From the NCBI GenBank assembly GCA_973895155.1, contig OZ316892.1:10396283-10460282 (forward strand): a stretch of DNA of 64,000 nt. Direction: 5' to 3'. The translations under genes were made by a program, and so were the position numbers. The DNA comes from Marsupella aquatica. Its lineage: Eukaryota > Plantae > Marchantiophyta. This document shows positions 53,115 to 64,000 of the stretch, one piece after another (the first letter of the stretch is position 1; each line of letters opens with the position of its first letter). The notes beneath the pieces are model-generated. The model had not been told where the DNA came from. It did no database searches and saw only the letters and a program-made list of their open reading frames with translations.

Positions 53115-55079
53115 TCAGCCAACTCTATTGTTATCTGCCTTATTCCTCTCCGCCCTTTTCTTCAGCATCCTATTCATAATGAGTAACCTTTTCTTCCTCG
53201 TCCTTTTAGACTCGTCTCCTTCAGAGGCACTGTCATCCTCGTCCAGATGCATAGAATCATTGCACGACCGGTCATCGTGATCGGAACCCAACTGAAATTT
53301 CCTACGGAGCGATGGCTTTAGCCTACGGCCTAGACCTGCACAGTTTTCTAATTGGTCTACATGTACAGCTCGATTGAAACCACTGGAATTGAGTAGAGCA
53401 GCTTTGAAGGTATTTCGGACTTGCAGCTTGCTCGACGTGCCAACGATGCTATCAATATACGTCTTGTAAATTCCTTGTCGCTTCACATCTTCTTCCTGAA
53501 GCTTAGCATTCTTGTTCCTATTCTCTAGATCAGTGAATCCTTTAGTTCTGGTCGGTGGCTTATTTGTCATAGTCTGACTCTGTTTCTCCCCGTCCTTAGT
53601 TCTGCTCGGTGGCGTGTTTGTCGTTCTCTGATTCTGTTTCTCCCCATCCTGCTCGATGGATGTTTTGTTGATCCTCCTCCTGCACTCATCCAATTCCCTT
53701 TCACTGTCATCGTCGGAGTCAAAATTGGCCGCATCATTCCTGGAGCTCTCGTTGGTGAGACCAATGGTATGATGTTCCAAATCATTTCCATTTCCGATGC
53801 CACAGTTTGGTTTCGCAAAGCCTGTTTTTTCACGATTCTTTTCAGCAGGGCCGCCTTTCGCTTTCGGAATTCCCTTCCCCTCTTCATTATTCTGCTTTTT
53901 GATACATGGGTTGCATGCAGGCTCGACTCCCACTCCCTCCAATCCCGTGTCCCTTCTCTCAACACCTGAGATTTCCTTTCTCGTCAAGTGGTTAGCTTTT
54001 GACGTGGTTGACTGCAATAGAAGCCACTTCTCTAGTTGAGCATGCACTTCATCTACCAACGGTGTGTGCCCCAGATCAAGTTGCATCTTCTCCCTCGTGT
54101 AGACATGCAGCAAGGCCCGGTATTGCTCTTTGCAACTGCGGAGGTACTCGTGATAATCCAGTTTGCAGTGGTTGGGAAGCTGTGATGCGATTACTTCCCA
54201 TCTGTTCACCGCTTTCGGTCCCACCTTTCTCACAGCTGCCAGAAGCTGGAGTGTGCTGGCCGTATCCCACCCTTGTAAGATAGCACCACTGTCCATTGTG
54301 GGACTCCCTCGCTGCTCGCGTCGGTAAGGATTGCCTAGTTCCTCCTGCTCGTGAGGATCTTGGTTTGCTTTGCCACCATGATTTTGCATCCTAATCTTCT
54401 CGACCCCTTGAGTGTCCTCGATGGTCCTCGGATTCCCTACCTTATCAGGCCTTCGTTTGGAATGCTTCTCCAAAGCGATCTTTCCAGCTTTAGCAGTTAC
54501 TAAACTCTTATCCTCATGGTTAGACATCTTAACGTTCGTGGCATTTTCAACTCTCTTGACACTCGTCTTGACTTCTAATCCCTTTAGTGGTGAGAGGCGG
54601 GGAACATTCACATCACCAAGCTGAAAGTAGTCGTCCAGAGCACGGCGAACCTGAGGGTCAATAGCATCTTCGCCCTTGGAATTCTTCCCCTGTGCCCTGT
54701 AAACTCGGCACAAATTCATGAAGTGTACCTTACAGCTGCGAGCGTATTTGGCTGGCTCTAGCCCATAACGATTGGGAAGACTCTGTGATATTATATTCCA
54801 CCTCGAGTCGGACGTCACTCGGATTCCACGGATGCTCAATTCTGCCAAGGTGTCCTGAAAGTTCTTCGACGCTGCCAGAAGCTCGAGGCTGCTTGCTTTG
54901 TCCCATTTGTTGATAGCGCCCTTCCTCCCACCGGACTGTTGGCGTTTCCCCTTGCGGGCTGTTCGCAGCTGTTGTTCTCGAAGCCATTGGTACCATGAAC
55001 CTTCTTCTGCTTCTCCTCCTTCCACCTCAGACTCTCCCAACTCCGTCCTATGCACTTGTTTCATTAGCAGCGGCACCAT
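53115..55079 (-). CDS. 654-aa protein with two Myb/SANT-like (trihelix-type) domains and a basic/acidic C-terminus
   Basis: Uninterrupted 1965-nt ORF. Repeats KWDKASSLELLAA...RWNIISQSLP...RSCKVHFMNLCRVY and GWDTASTLQLLAA...RWEVIASQLP...RSCKEQYRALLHVY; NLS-like KRTRKKR. Confidence 0.82.
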   Translation of the reverse strand: MVPLLMKQVHRTELGESEVEGGEAEEGSWYQWLREQQLRTARKGKRQQSGGRKGAINKWDKASSLELLAASKNFQDTLAELSIRGIRVTSDSRWNIISQSLPNRYGLEPAKYARSCKVHFMNLCRVYRAQGKNSKGEDAIDPQVRRALDDYFQLGDVNVPRLSPLKGLEVKTSVKRVENATNVKMSNHEDKSLVTAKAGKIALEKHSKRRPDKVGNPRTIEDTQGVEKIRMQNHGGKANQDPHEQEELGNPYRREQRGSPTMDSGAILQGWDTASTLQLLAAVRKVGPKAVNRWEVIASQLPNHCKLDYHEYLRSCKEQYRALLHVYTREKMQLDLGHTPLVDEVHAQLEKWLLLQSTTSKANHLTRKEISGVERRDTGLEGVGVEPACNPCIKKQNNEEGKGIPKAKGGPAEKNREKTGFAKPNCGIGNGNDLEHHTIGLTNESSRNDAANFDSDDDSERELDECRRRINKTSIEQDGEKQNQRTTNTPPSRTKDGEKQSQTMTNKPPTRTKGFTDLENRNKNAKLQEEDVKRQGIYKTYIDSIVGTSSKLQVRNTFKAALLNSSGFNRAVHVDQLENCAGLGRRLKPSLRRKFQLGSDHDDRSCNDSMHLDEDDSASEGDESKRTRKKRLLIMNRMLKKRAERNKADNNRVG

Positions 55080-57553
55080 CTGTCAATTATTTCACAATGT
55101 CCAGTCGGCTCGGTCATAGTTTTTCGAAGGTGACAGACTGCATTCAAACAGGAACATGAACCAAGCTCGAACAATGCCGACAGTAAATGCAGAAATTTCA
55201 AGGTAGCGACGATTGAACAGTGGCTTTCAACGATAGTCGGTAATCTCCACGGAGGTGCTAGTAGGACTACTCGAACCCCATCCTCGAGCATGCAGGTGCA
55301 TTAAACAAAAAATTAGAGTTGAGCAGCAACCAGGTGGAAAGGCCCGCATTGCTCCAAGATTTCTGAGGACTACCACGACTGAGGGAAGAGCTGCTTTGCC
55401 GAATGTCATGGAAGTTAGTGCAGTCTCAGTCAAGACTTCGGCCCAATGATGCTATGTAGGATGGCGTGCATGTTAACGTGCTGGACTCTATTGGCAGCCT
55501 TGACCCTTCTGCAACATGCGATGCAGTCTCCAGGAAGCTGGCCAATCTGTCCTGTAAACTAAGCTGGCTGGTTCCGAGGACCTATCTACGAAGCAGTGTG
55601 TAAAACTTTTCACGAAGTCTAGATTTACAATCGATAAACTTTCGGCCTACACTAATCATCTTCATATTCTGCGACTCGCAAGGTTCAAGGTACATTGTCT
55701 CTGCAAGGGAATTAAATGGATGTTCCGAGGAGCCAAAACAAAACCGAAAACAATGCTCAGAAAAGAGAACAAGACGGATTGGCTACAAACCGGATGATTT
55801 GGATGGGTAAGTGCAAACTTCTCGAGGTCTGCTAGCCTTCGGTTTTCCATGTCCTCGGGCACGGACTCCATGGCCCTTGATTACATACTCCCGCTCGATG
55901 CGCCGGCAAACTTGGACGGACCTGCTCGATATACTTCCCGTCGAGACTGGCCCATTAAACTGGGTGATCCATCTTTTGGGATTGAACTCACCGTCACCTC
56001 GACAGGACGTCCGTAAAGATCGAGTAAACTTCCGTGCGTGGGACATGTCCAACTGTACTATTCTCAGCTCCCTAGACAGACCACCAACTGACGAGTACAC
56101 GGGTGAATATGACATCAATGTTCACTCTCAGTGTTCCCCTAGCGGACCATCCTCGATTCCTCGATGTAATGAGAAATGGCACGCGTAATGTACAGTACTC
56201 CCGGACAGGTTTCACTGTCTGTGTTACTTGACGGTCGTCACATGAAGTTGGTCACTGTTGCACAGACTTCAATTCTTGGCGCGAAGCTTTCAAAAGACCG
56301 GATTACACAACCAGCCGGGAGAAGTTGTGTGGATGAATACCGTCGCCTCAAATACTCCGGTAGCGAGACTTTTCATCCGAATCATGCTCACTTGATTTAC
56401 TCGACATATCTATGCTAAGGACTGAGGACTTGACCACAGTTTACTAAAGTTGCTGCCGTTTCTCGCGCCGTCAAATTGATCTAGGAAATGAAACAGGAAA
56501 TGCTAGATTCCTAGACGACATAACCTTGATTGCTTCCGCATTGGAGGTGCAGGATAAGGCCTGCTAAGGGTGGATGTGAAGTGGATCGAGTTTTGATACT
56601 TTTTTCATCATAGACAGTACCTTCGTTCCTGGACACAACAACCACATGACGAACTGGAGAGAAAGTCTTCAGAAACTGTAGTTGGTTTCCCGAGAAGGTG
56701 TTAGGATCGATCGATCCTGCGATTGTGGACTTCACTGGTGTATGTGACTCACCTGGGATTAGTTTGTTTTACTTCGATTATTTCATAGGCAAATCATCAA
56801 ATCGTGTTCATTGGATTGTCACTCAATTGCGTTGCTGACTTCACCGTCGACCGTAGGTGGCTTCACTATCCTCTGATGTTCATAAAGACACTTGGAAATC
56901 GAATCGATTCAGGCTTTTTGATTAACTCGAAAAGACTCTTACGTGACGATCGCGTGCACGTTCCGTGCTCCCCTATTGTCGAATTGTTTCGAATTCTAGA
57001 AAGACATCGGATCGACCACGGCAAAATCAGCAATCGTCGGTATTAAGGACCGGACTACCTCATATGCCGGCTACGTACAGCAGAAGCTGTATTTTCATCT
57101 TTGTTATGTCCATCAGCACACTGAATTTGAAGTAAGTGCACTCTCTCGATAGAGCAAGCACTGGTCAGCAACCTGTTCACCTCCGATCAGGTGAACGTCT
57201 CCGCCTCTGACCTTCCCTCTTCGGCCTCTTTCTTTCTCCAACATATGTATTCGGAACTGAAATAAAATGAACCGCTACGGACTCCACGCCAGTCGATCTC
57301 TATACAATTTACCGTGCATTAAAGACAGCGCATTCTCCCGTTGGTATGAGGTTCAAACTGAGAAACTTGCAGACTGTCTAATGATAAGTTCGCGAAGTGT
57401 TGCTTGGGATGGACCTACAGCCACGATGTTGAGGTTGCGTGCATTGTCGTCGTTTTGATAGCGAGAGAGCCGTCGATGGTACGTTTTCCGATTTCTTCGA
57501 AGAAAGCAGGAGAATATATTTACATCCATCCTTTGTCAGTAGTTATCTGATCG

Positions 57554-58024
57554 ATGGCGCGAACTGAGCCTACCAGAGTCGGAGTTCCACCGGTTGAAAT
57601 GGGGGAAAGTCAAGGGAAATCAAGACCACAAGCTTCTCCAACTACTCGCGTCGGAGCTCCATCGTCAGGGCTACGTAACAGTGCTGAACCGGGAAGAAGT
57701 TCTATCCGGACTCCATCATTACAGGCAGCCACTAGTGCTTCTAAACAAAATCGTGCTGCACAACTAAGAATAATCAATAGTAGCAGGAGCGGGACTAAGG
57801 GCCAACATGACGACATCATTGTGGCGATGGCGCAACACTCTGCTTCCCTTGTAGCAGCCATGAAGGAGAACACTAACAAACTGGCCAGTATCATGATGAA
57901 TGCTGCAGACATGCCTTCCTCCGCAATCATGATTTCGGCACGACATGTGGCTCAAGCGATCGATCGCCAAACAGATGCAATAAATGGAGAGCAGCAATGT
58001 TCTCCACCACCAGAACCGCAATAG
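57554..58024 (+). CDS. Hypothetical 156-aa ORF or terminal exon: disordered region plus amphipathic coiled coil as in trihelix/Myb-like C-termini
   Basis: DDIIVAMAQHSASLVAAMKENTNKLASIM...ARHVAQAIDRQTDAI heptad pattern; no upstream DNA-binding exon recognised. Confidence 0.4.
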   Translation: MARTEPTRVGVPPVEMGESQGKSRPQASPTTRVGAPSSGLRNSAEPGRSSIRTPSLQAATSASKQNRAAQLRIINSSRSGTKGQHDDIIVAMAQHSASLVAAMKENTNKLASIMMNAADMPSSAIMISARHVAQAIDRQTDAINGEQQCSPPPEPQ

Positions 58025-59199
58025 AGAGCTGACCGTGTAGTGTCCCAAATCGAAGAGATCACTTTAATCAGAGCAATTTCTATCGAGCATTTACGAAATA
58101 CTGAGACCAGAATGGACTCAAGGCGCCCGAATCACTTTGGAAAGAGTTTCTACAATACTCACATGCCTCGTCGTTCATGGATATTGCATTCAGACTTTGT
58201 GCCTCAGGAGGTATCATTAGGTTTAGATTTTGCAACCACTATCTTGACGATACCACTTCTGTCGTAATCTTTTTCGTAGCCTGGATCAAACCTCTGAACG
58301 TGAGATGCAGAGAAGCTCAAGAAATCGAAACTTGTTGCGTGACTTGTTTTGTACAGGCATGATATAACTTTATAGTGCTGCTATCATAGCCATTTTTTTT
58401 TATGATAACATTCAACTTGATAACTAGATCAGGCCTGGAATCATGGTAATAAAAGATTTGTAATTGTGAGCACGATTAGCCTGCCTGCCCGAACTCCAAC
58501 GCTGCTAGCTGCCAACACTGTCACCGTGGACCTGGCACGCACATCATCAGGATTGCCGTCGTCCGATCCTCGTGCGTCCATTCACCTATACAACCGATGC
58601 TCGTGGAATTGATGGACAGTACCAAGCTCGACCTTCACTCAAGGGTGGCTGTGTACGTGAGCCCTCGTACAACAATCTAGCAGTCGAGCTCTTGTAATGC
58701 TGTCACAGATAACGAGGGACTGACCTACCACTATGGATTTCTCAACGACATTCATAGCCGGTTCCAAACCGGGTACCTCGACAACCTGTCGTCCGCAGGC
58801 GTACGTTTTTGCCTGGTGATGTTGTAGTTGCGCTCTCGAGAGATACTAGTACCGGTATGCTGAATGAGCGAATCCATGGTAAAGCCTCGATCGATGTCGA
58901 GGCAGTTCCGTTGTCGTGGATCCGATCTCCCTTTTTCTCCATTGCAATCATTGAGAAAGTATTTGAGCTTTGTGAGGATGAGTTTATGCATTTCTTCTAA
59001 CAAGGGAGGTGATACAAAGTGTTTTCTCTTTAGAACCACCAGCCACCACGAAGTCAGAAGCTAGAGGACAGACACCCATGGCGTCTCAGTGTCTCGATGG
59101 ATGTGATGGAACAGACAGGGGATTGCACAACGACCACCTCGTCTGTCAATAAAATGACCACAAATATATCTTGATCTTTTCAGCACAGTCCAGAATTTC

Positions 59200-59370
59200 C
59201 ATTTGTCTATGTTTTTGCTCCTCCCTCCAGCAAAACCATTTAAAACATGTAGGACTTTTTTCATTTGTCATGCTTTTGCATCCTCCCTCCAGCAAAACCA
59301 TTCCAAATATCTAGGAATTTTCATTTGTCATGCTTTTGCTCCTCCCTCCAGCAAAATCATTTCAAATATG
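59200..59370. repeat. ~60-bp tandem repeat x3
   Basis: catttgtcatgcttttgctcctccctccagcaaaaccatt repeated. Confidence 0.85.
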
Positions 59371-60399
59371 TATGTATATAATAGCCCTCTCACACTGGCA
59401 GTATATGAGAATGTAGGTCTGGTGACCAGATAGTGAAGACCCCTGACCAGCAGCAATTGGGAAGCTTTTCTGAGCTTTCTTGGACCCGTTCCAAGCAATG
59501 ATGAGAGGCTAGAATTCCTCAGCCCAGACCTCCAATCATTATTGTACATCATCATTTTTTGGAAAGAAGTTACTTCCAGTCAATACATTATGGGAATAGC
59601 AGGTACCTGCAAAAATGGCTGCACACCAATAACTTTCACTCCGTACAGAGATTAAGTCTTGCATAAAGCAAGGCATGCCTCCCAAGGTGCTGTCTGGGGA
59701 CATTGCTTTCATGAACGGGCTTTAGGGGTGGTTGGAGCCTGACTCAGAATTTCCCTATTTTTGGAATGTTTGGTGCTGGACCTGCCCAAGGCATTCATAC
59801 ATTTTCCAGGAACAGTACAGTAGATAACTCCCTTGCAAAATACAACTAAAAATCCGGGAGAGCTTTATGTGCTTGTTCTAGTATGGTCTTTAAATCTTGC
59901 AAATATTTCATCTGTAAATTGCACTGCCTTCGCCCAGAGCCCTGCTGAAGGAAACAAAGAATTTTTCTGCCTCAAAATACCCTAACTTGACAGCCTGGCG
60001 AAGATGTTTTCCTTGTTTGATTTTAGCTGAATTTAGAAAATTCATGACCAATCTTAAAAGCATGGCCAAGCCCTTCCTTCTAGGAGTGTCCCAATCAAAA
60101 AACCCGGGCATTCATTCTAGAAAACACCGTCCGTGGAGGGCTTTTACCTTACATGTGTGCCACAGCCTGGTTCTGAAAGGTCTTTTTGTCTTGGAGAGGG
60201 ATCTGCTCCCTATTTTAAATCTTGAATTAGGACATGGGTCAGACCTTACGTTTCCACGGCCTGGCTGCTACACTCACCTCTTGCCTGCAAGGAACACCAA
60301 AACAAAGAAACATTTTAGACCTTGCAAAGCTGGATGCAAAAGGGACTCATATTTGTTAATGTTGAAATTTATGTTTGCCACATCAGCTTTGACTAACCC

Positions 60400-60525
60400 C
60401 CACATCCAAACATTATCCCTCCTCACATGCAAACATTATCCATCATGACATATGCTATCACACCCAAACATTATCCCTCCTCACATGCAAACATTATCCA
60501 TCATGACATGCTATCACACCCAAAT
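60400..60525. repeat. ~58-bp tandem duplication
   Basis: ccaaacattatccctcctcacatgcaaacattatccatcatgaca..tgctatcacacc x2. Confidence 0.85.
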
Positions 60526-61367
60526 ATTATACCTTATCACAATGTTATGTAGTCAGACCTAAGCTTGTAACTCCTTGTGAGCCTCACATCTAATCATTAT
60601 GCTATATTATATATATGCTATACATATCACCCAGTATGTGTCCATGCGTGCAGACAGACCAAAGGAAGGAACGAGAGAAGCAACTACAGTTCCTCTAGAG
60701 TCCTCACTGGCTCCAGAAAAAGGGACCAGAATTTGGTGTATGAAAAGTAGTAATGGTAGGGGTGGGGTTGGACAGAAGATACGTCCTTGCATGAAATCTA
60801 TGAGCTCTAGAATTGGATTAAGGATGTGAAATGAGTGGAAGCTAATGGTAGTATTGTCCTGTGTAAGATTCTAGTTATGAGGGGATACTGAACCACATAT
60901 ATTGTGGCTCCTATGTGACTTTCTCATGAGAAGGAAACCACATCTATCTAATTGGTAAAGCTGATTCACTTGGATGTGAATCACCTTGAAGAATTGCCAT
61001 CGAATTTCTATCCACTTGGATGTGAATCACATTAACAAATTCTAATCTAATTCTCTACCTACTTCAATGCGAATCACCTTTAAGTGTTGGATTTCCTGCC
61101 CTTGGTATACCATGACTTTGGCTTTCTTGGTGTTCAACACACTTCACAATTACTAGAACCAAACCAAAGCAAAGGAGGAATTTCTGCATGATCTTCCTTT
61201 TTAAGTTCCCTAATTCCATATCTTGTCAACAGGAAGTATTTAGTATCCGGAACAAAAATGACGTAAAGAGGCTAAAATTTCTTCGTAAGCAACCAGATAG
61301 GAACTAGCTTCTAATACATCTAGCTTACCTTCAAATAAACCCCCTCAAATGCTATCTTTACAATCTT

Positions 61368-61870
61368 GAATCAAATGACTGAAAAAGGATAAAGGAGAAC
61401 TTAATTAGAGAAAAGGGTCCAACTAAGTACAATAAAAAACCTCCCGAATCAAATGACTGAAAAAGGATAAAGGGGAACTTAATTAGAGAAAAGGGTCCAA
61501 CTAAGTACAATAAAAAACCTCCCGAATCAAATGACTGAAAAAGGATAAAGGGGAACTTAATTAGAGAAAAGGGTCCAACTAAGTACAATAAAAAACCTCC
61601 CGAATCAAATGTCTGAAAAAGGAGAAACGAGAACAAATACAGACAAAATGGGCCAACAAAGTACAATAAAAAAACTTCCTGAATCAAATGATTGAAAAAG
61701 GAGAATCGAGAACGAATACGGACAAAACGGGCCAACAAAGTACAATAACAAAACTTCCCGTATCAAATGATTGAGAAAGAAGAAACGAGAACAAATACAG
61801 ACAGATGGGCCAACCAAGTACAACAGTAAAAAGCTCCTAAATCAAATGACTGAAAAAAGAGAAACGACAA
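61368..61870. repeat. 78-bp minisatellite, ~6.5 units (first three nearly identical)
   Basis: gaatcaaatgactgaaaaaggataaaggggaacttaattagagaaaagggtccaactaagtacaataaaaaacctccc; gaatcaaatg at 61368, 61446, 61524, 61602 and 61681. Confidence 0.93.
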
Positions 61871-62389
61871 AACATTTGGAGGAAAAATACATTGAAGGCC
61901 AAACAAAACCTTAGAAAATGTGATATGAACTAAAGGAAGACATTGGAGTTTTTCAGGAAACCCTAGAGGCAAATGGTACCCAAGAAAACCACTGTTCAGA
62001 CGAAAAAGTCACGCCCATGAAGTATCCCTAAAAAATGAGAATTCTGAAAAACTCACCGAGAGATACAGTACCAAAGAAATTACTTTTCAGGCCAAAAGGT
62101 CAGTTACCGTAAAGTAGCCCAAAACCTGAGATACAGTACCAGAGAAACCACTTTTCGGGCTAAAATGTCAGCAACCATCAAGTCTCGATAAAACTGAGAA
62201 TTCTGAAAAACTCATAAATGTGATACATTGCCCCCACCACAGCAACTGCACCCTGGGCAGCAGCCTGAGGGGGGCACCCAGCCCTCCAGCACGAGTTGAG
62301 CAGAACTGAAGGTGGGACCTCCCCAAAGCAAAAAACGAACCTCACCTCTAGTCTCACCCTGTGTACAGGGCCAGGAGACTAAACTGCAT

Positions 62390-62575
62390 TTCACCTTCAG
62401 TTTTATACAGAACTGCAGGCCACTCGCCCATAACACCCAACCTTACAGAAACCCTTATGAGCTGATAATAAACTCAGGGTCCTTTCACCTTCAGTTTTAG
62501 ACAGAACTGCAGGCCACTCGCCGGTGACGCCCAACTTTCTAGAAAACTTTATGAGCTGATAGAAAACTCAGGGTG
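62390..62575. repeat. ~97-bp tandem duplication
   Basis: tttcaccttcagtttta.acagaactgcaggccactcgcc...tatgagctgata.aaactcagggt x2. Confidence 0.8.
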
Positions 62576-63134
62576 GTTTTCCAAAAGCTGGGTCCCCTTC
62601 AAGGATGTACAATTTCTGACCCCTTTGGCCAATTTGCATAATATTATAACCAAAATAGTTTCGACAAGGAGTCGGGAATGCAGTGATATAAGAAACTTGA
62701 AACGTGGACTCCAAGCTCTCTGTCTCTGCCTAAAAATATTACTAAAAACAAGATTTGAGGAGCCTGAAAAACTTATCTTCCACCTTATGCTAGGGGGAGA
62801 TCAAAACTAAAGAAGAGTTACTGTCTGAGAGGACATTGTAGCCTTACACACTACGTCAGACTTTTCACCAGATGAAGGAGGAAGGTTGTTCCTCTTTTGC
62901 TGTCCTCCTGGCTCTGACTTGTTCACTAAGTCTCAAGTAAGCTCGGTTGCAAGGAAAATTACAATTCCAAGGAATAGCTCTGAATGAACTGTGTTTACAT
63001 AACAGGAGGTGATTCTACCACCTTCCATATCTTCGATCCTTCTCTAGTGGGAATGATATAGCACAAGTCATGCAGCTCACCATAAACTTGACCAGGTTCA
63101 TCCTGAAATCTGATTGAATTAAGATGAGATTGAC

Positions 63135-63529
63135 TCAAGGGGTTCTCGGCAGATACCTGATGGGCTGTTTCCTAAGGGATCTTCTCCGTCTTACAAGAAG
63201 AAAGAGGACAGCCGCCACGACAATCACAAGCGTCCCAGCACTGATTACAACGAAGTGCTCCACATGGACTCCTGAGACCATGTCCTGACGATCAAATGAT
63301 GTCACCAACTTCCTTGGCAGCCAAGGGCCAATGCCTGTTCCACTGCCAGTCCTCAATTTGGCACGAGGAAGATGTCCGGCACAATGATAGGCAAGTTCTT
63401 GCCGTGCACAATCAACCTGTATTGGACTACCAAATTTGCTTTCAAGCACAAAGTCCAGAGGCGTCGCCTTCCAAGGGGAAAGAACCACGGTGGTCTGACG
63501 GCTCACGAACCCTGGAAACTTGGCTGTCA
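63135..63529 (-). CDS. SOL1: Terminal exon of a carboxypeptidase D/SOL1-like membrane-anchored protein; upstream exons not found, probably outside the window
   Basis: Acceptor tgcag|TGACAGCC; VTAKFPGFVSRQTTVVL...LDFVL resembles the end of the M14 transthyretin-like regulatory domain, followed by a TM helix (FVVISAGTLVIVVAAVLFLLV) and RRRR. Confidence 0.6.
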
Positions 63530-64000
63530 CTGCACACACATTCAAACAAGAAAGAAGCCAATCCACAAGTTCAGCAAATGCCGCAAAACATTAAATCCAT
63601 AATTTCTTCTCGCCCCATTTTGATGAGTAGCTATTTCCAGTTCTAGTTACTCTGTATAGGTCATTTAAGAGGAAAACTACGAAGGGACCGACCCAATATT
63701 TGCTAGCCTCCCTCATGGAAGGGTGGCCAAGGCAATGTAAGCTACTGCAAAAGGGAATATGACAAAAGTATAGGAGATATTGAGAGAGAACCAATCATGA
63801 GGACACTATTCTCTGCGACTTTCATATTAGACCCAGGACTGGTAAATAATGCAAAAGTATTAAAATAGCAAAGATTGGCTTTTGGGATCATAACTCCAGC
63901 TTCAAGGATCTCCCAAAAAATCCTTATTGCTAATAAGTTAACGAGAATTGCAGAGTGAGGTGAGATGGGTCAGAAAAATGAGGCACTTGCATTCATAATT

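Noticed and set aside
55200-57500. Short ORFs upstream of the Myb gene as a Harbinger transposase
   Set aside because: No GAIDG/DxGY DDE motifs were recognised in the ORF track or in the frames I read.
61368-61870. 78-bp array (and the ~110-bp arrays) as CRISPR-like repeat-spacer arrays, or the ORFs over them as membrane proteins
   Set aside because: Whole units repeat with no unique spacers, the context is eukaryotic, and no cas genes are present. The ORF stays open only because the period is a multiple of 3.

Overview
Eukaryotic land-plant genomic DNA with spliceosomal introns. A bryophyte, probably a liverwort, is inferred from the hydrolase-type NLR fragments. Left flank: exon 1 of a FORGETTER1/strawberry-notch gene and a complete 8-exon MEMO1 gene, both on the minus strand. 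Right flank: an intronless 654-aa double Myb/trihelix ORF, tandem repeats and the last exon of a SOL1/carboxypeptidase-D-like gene. The middle ~44 kb (about 8.4-52.6 kb) contains no recognisable intact gene and is bracketed by ~120-bp inverted repeats. It holds a tandem triplication of a ~11-14 kb mosaic unit. The unit comprises a mini-Helitron, satellite arrays, decayed alpha/beta-hydrolase and LRR (NLR-like) fragments, E2/UBC-like fragments and a half-tRNA-primed Copia. Across the copies are five long, well-paired inverted repeats (240-320 bp stems) of one coding fragment, plus one LRR-derived inverted repeat. A 5'-truncated U6 snRNA copy lies near the right edge. The best 'system' candidate is a TE-assembled hairpin/siRNA cluster built from immune- and ubiquitin-gene fragments. 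All alignments and identities were judged by eye.
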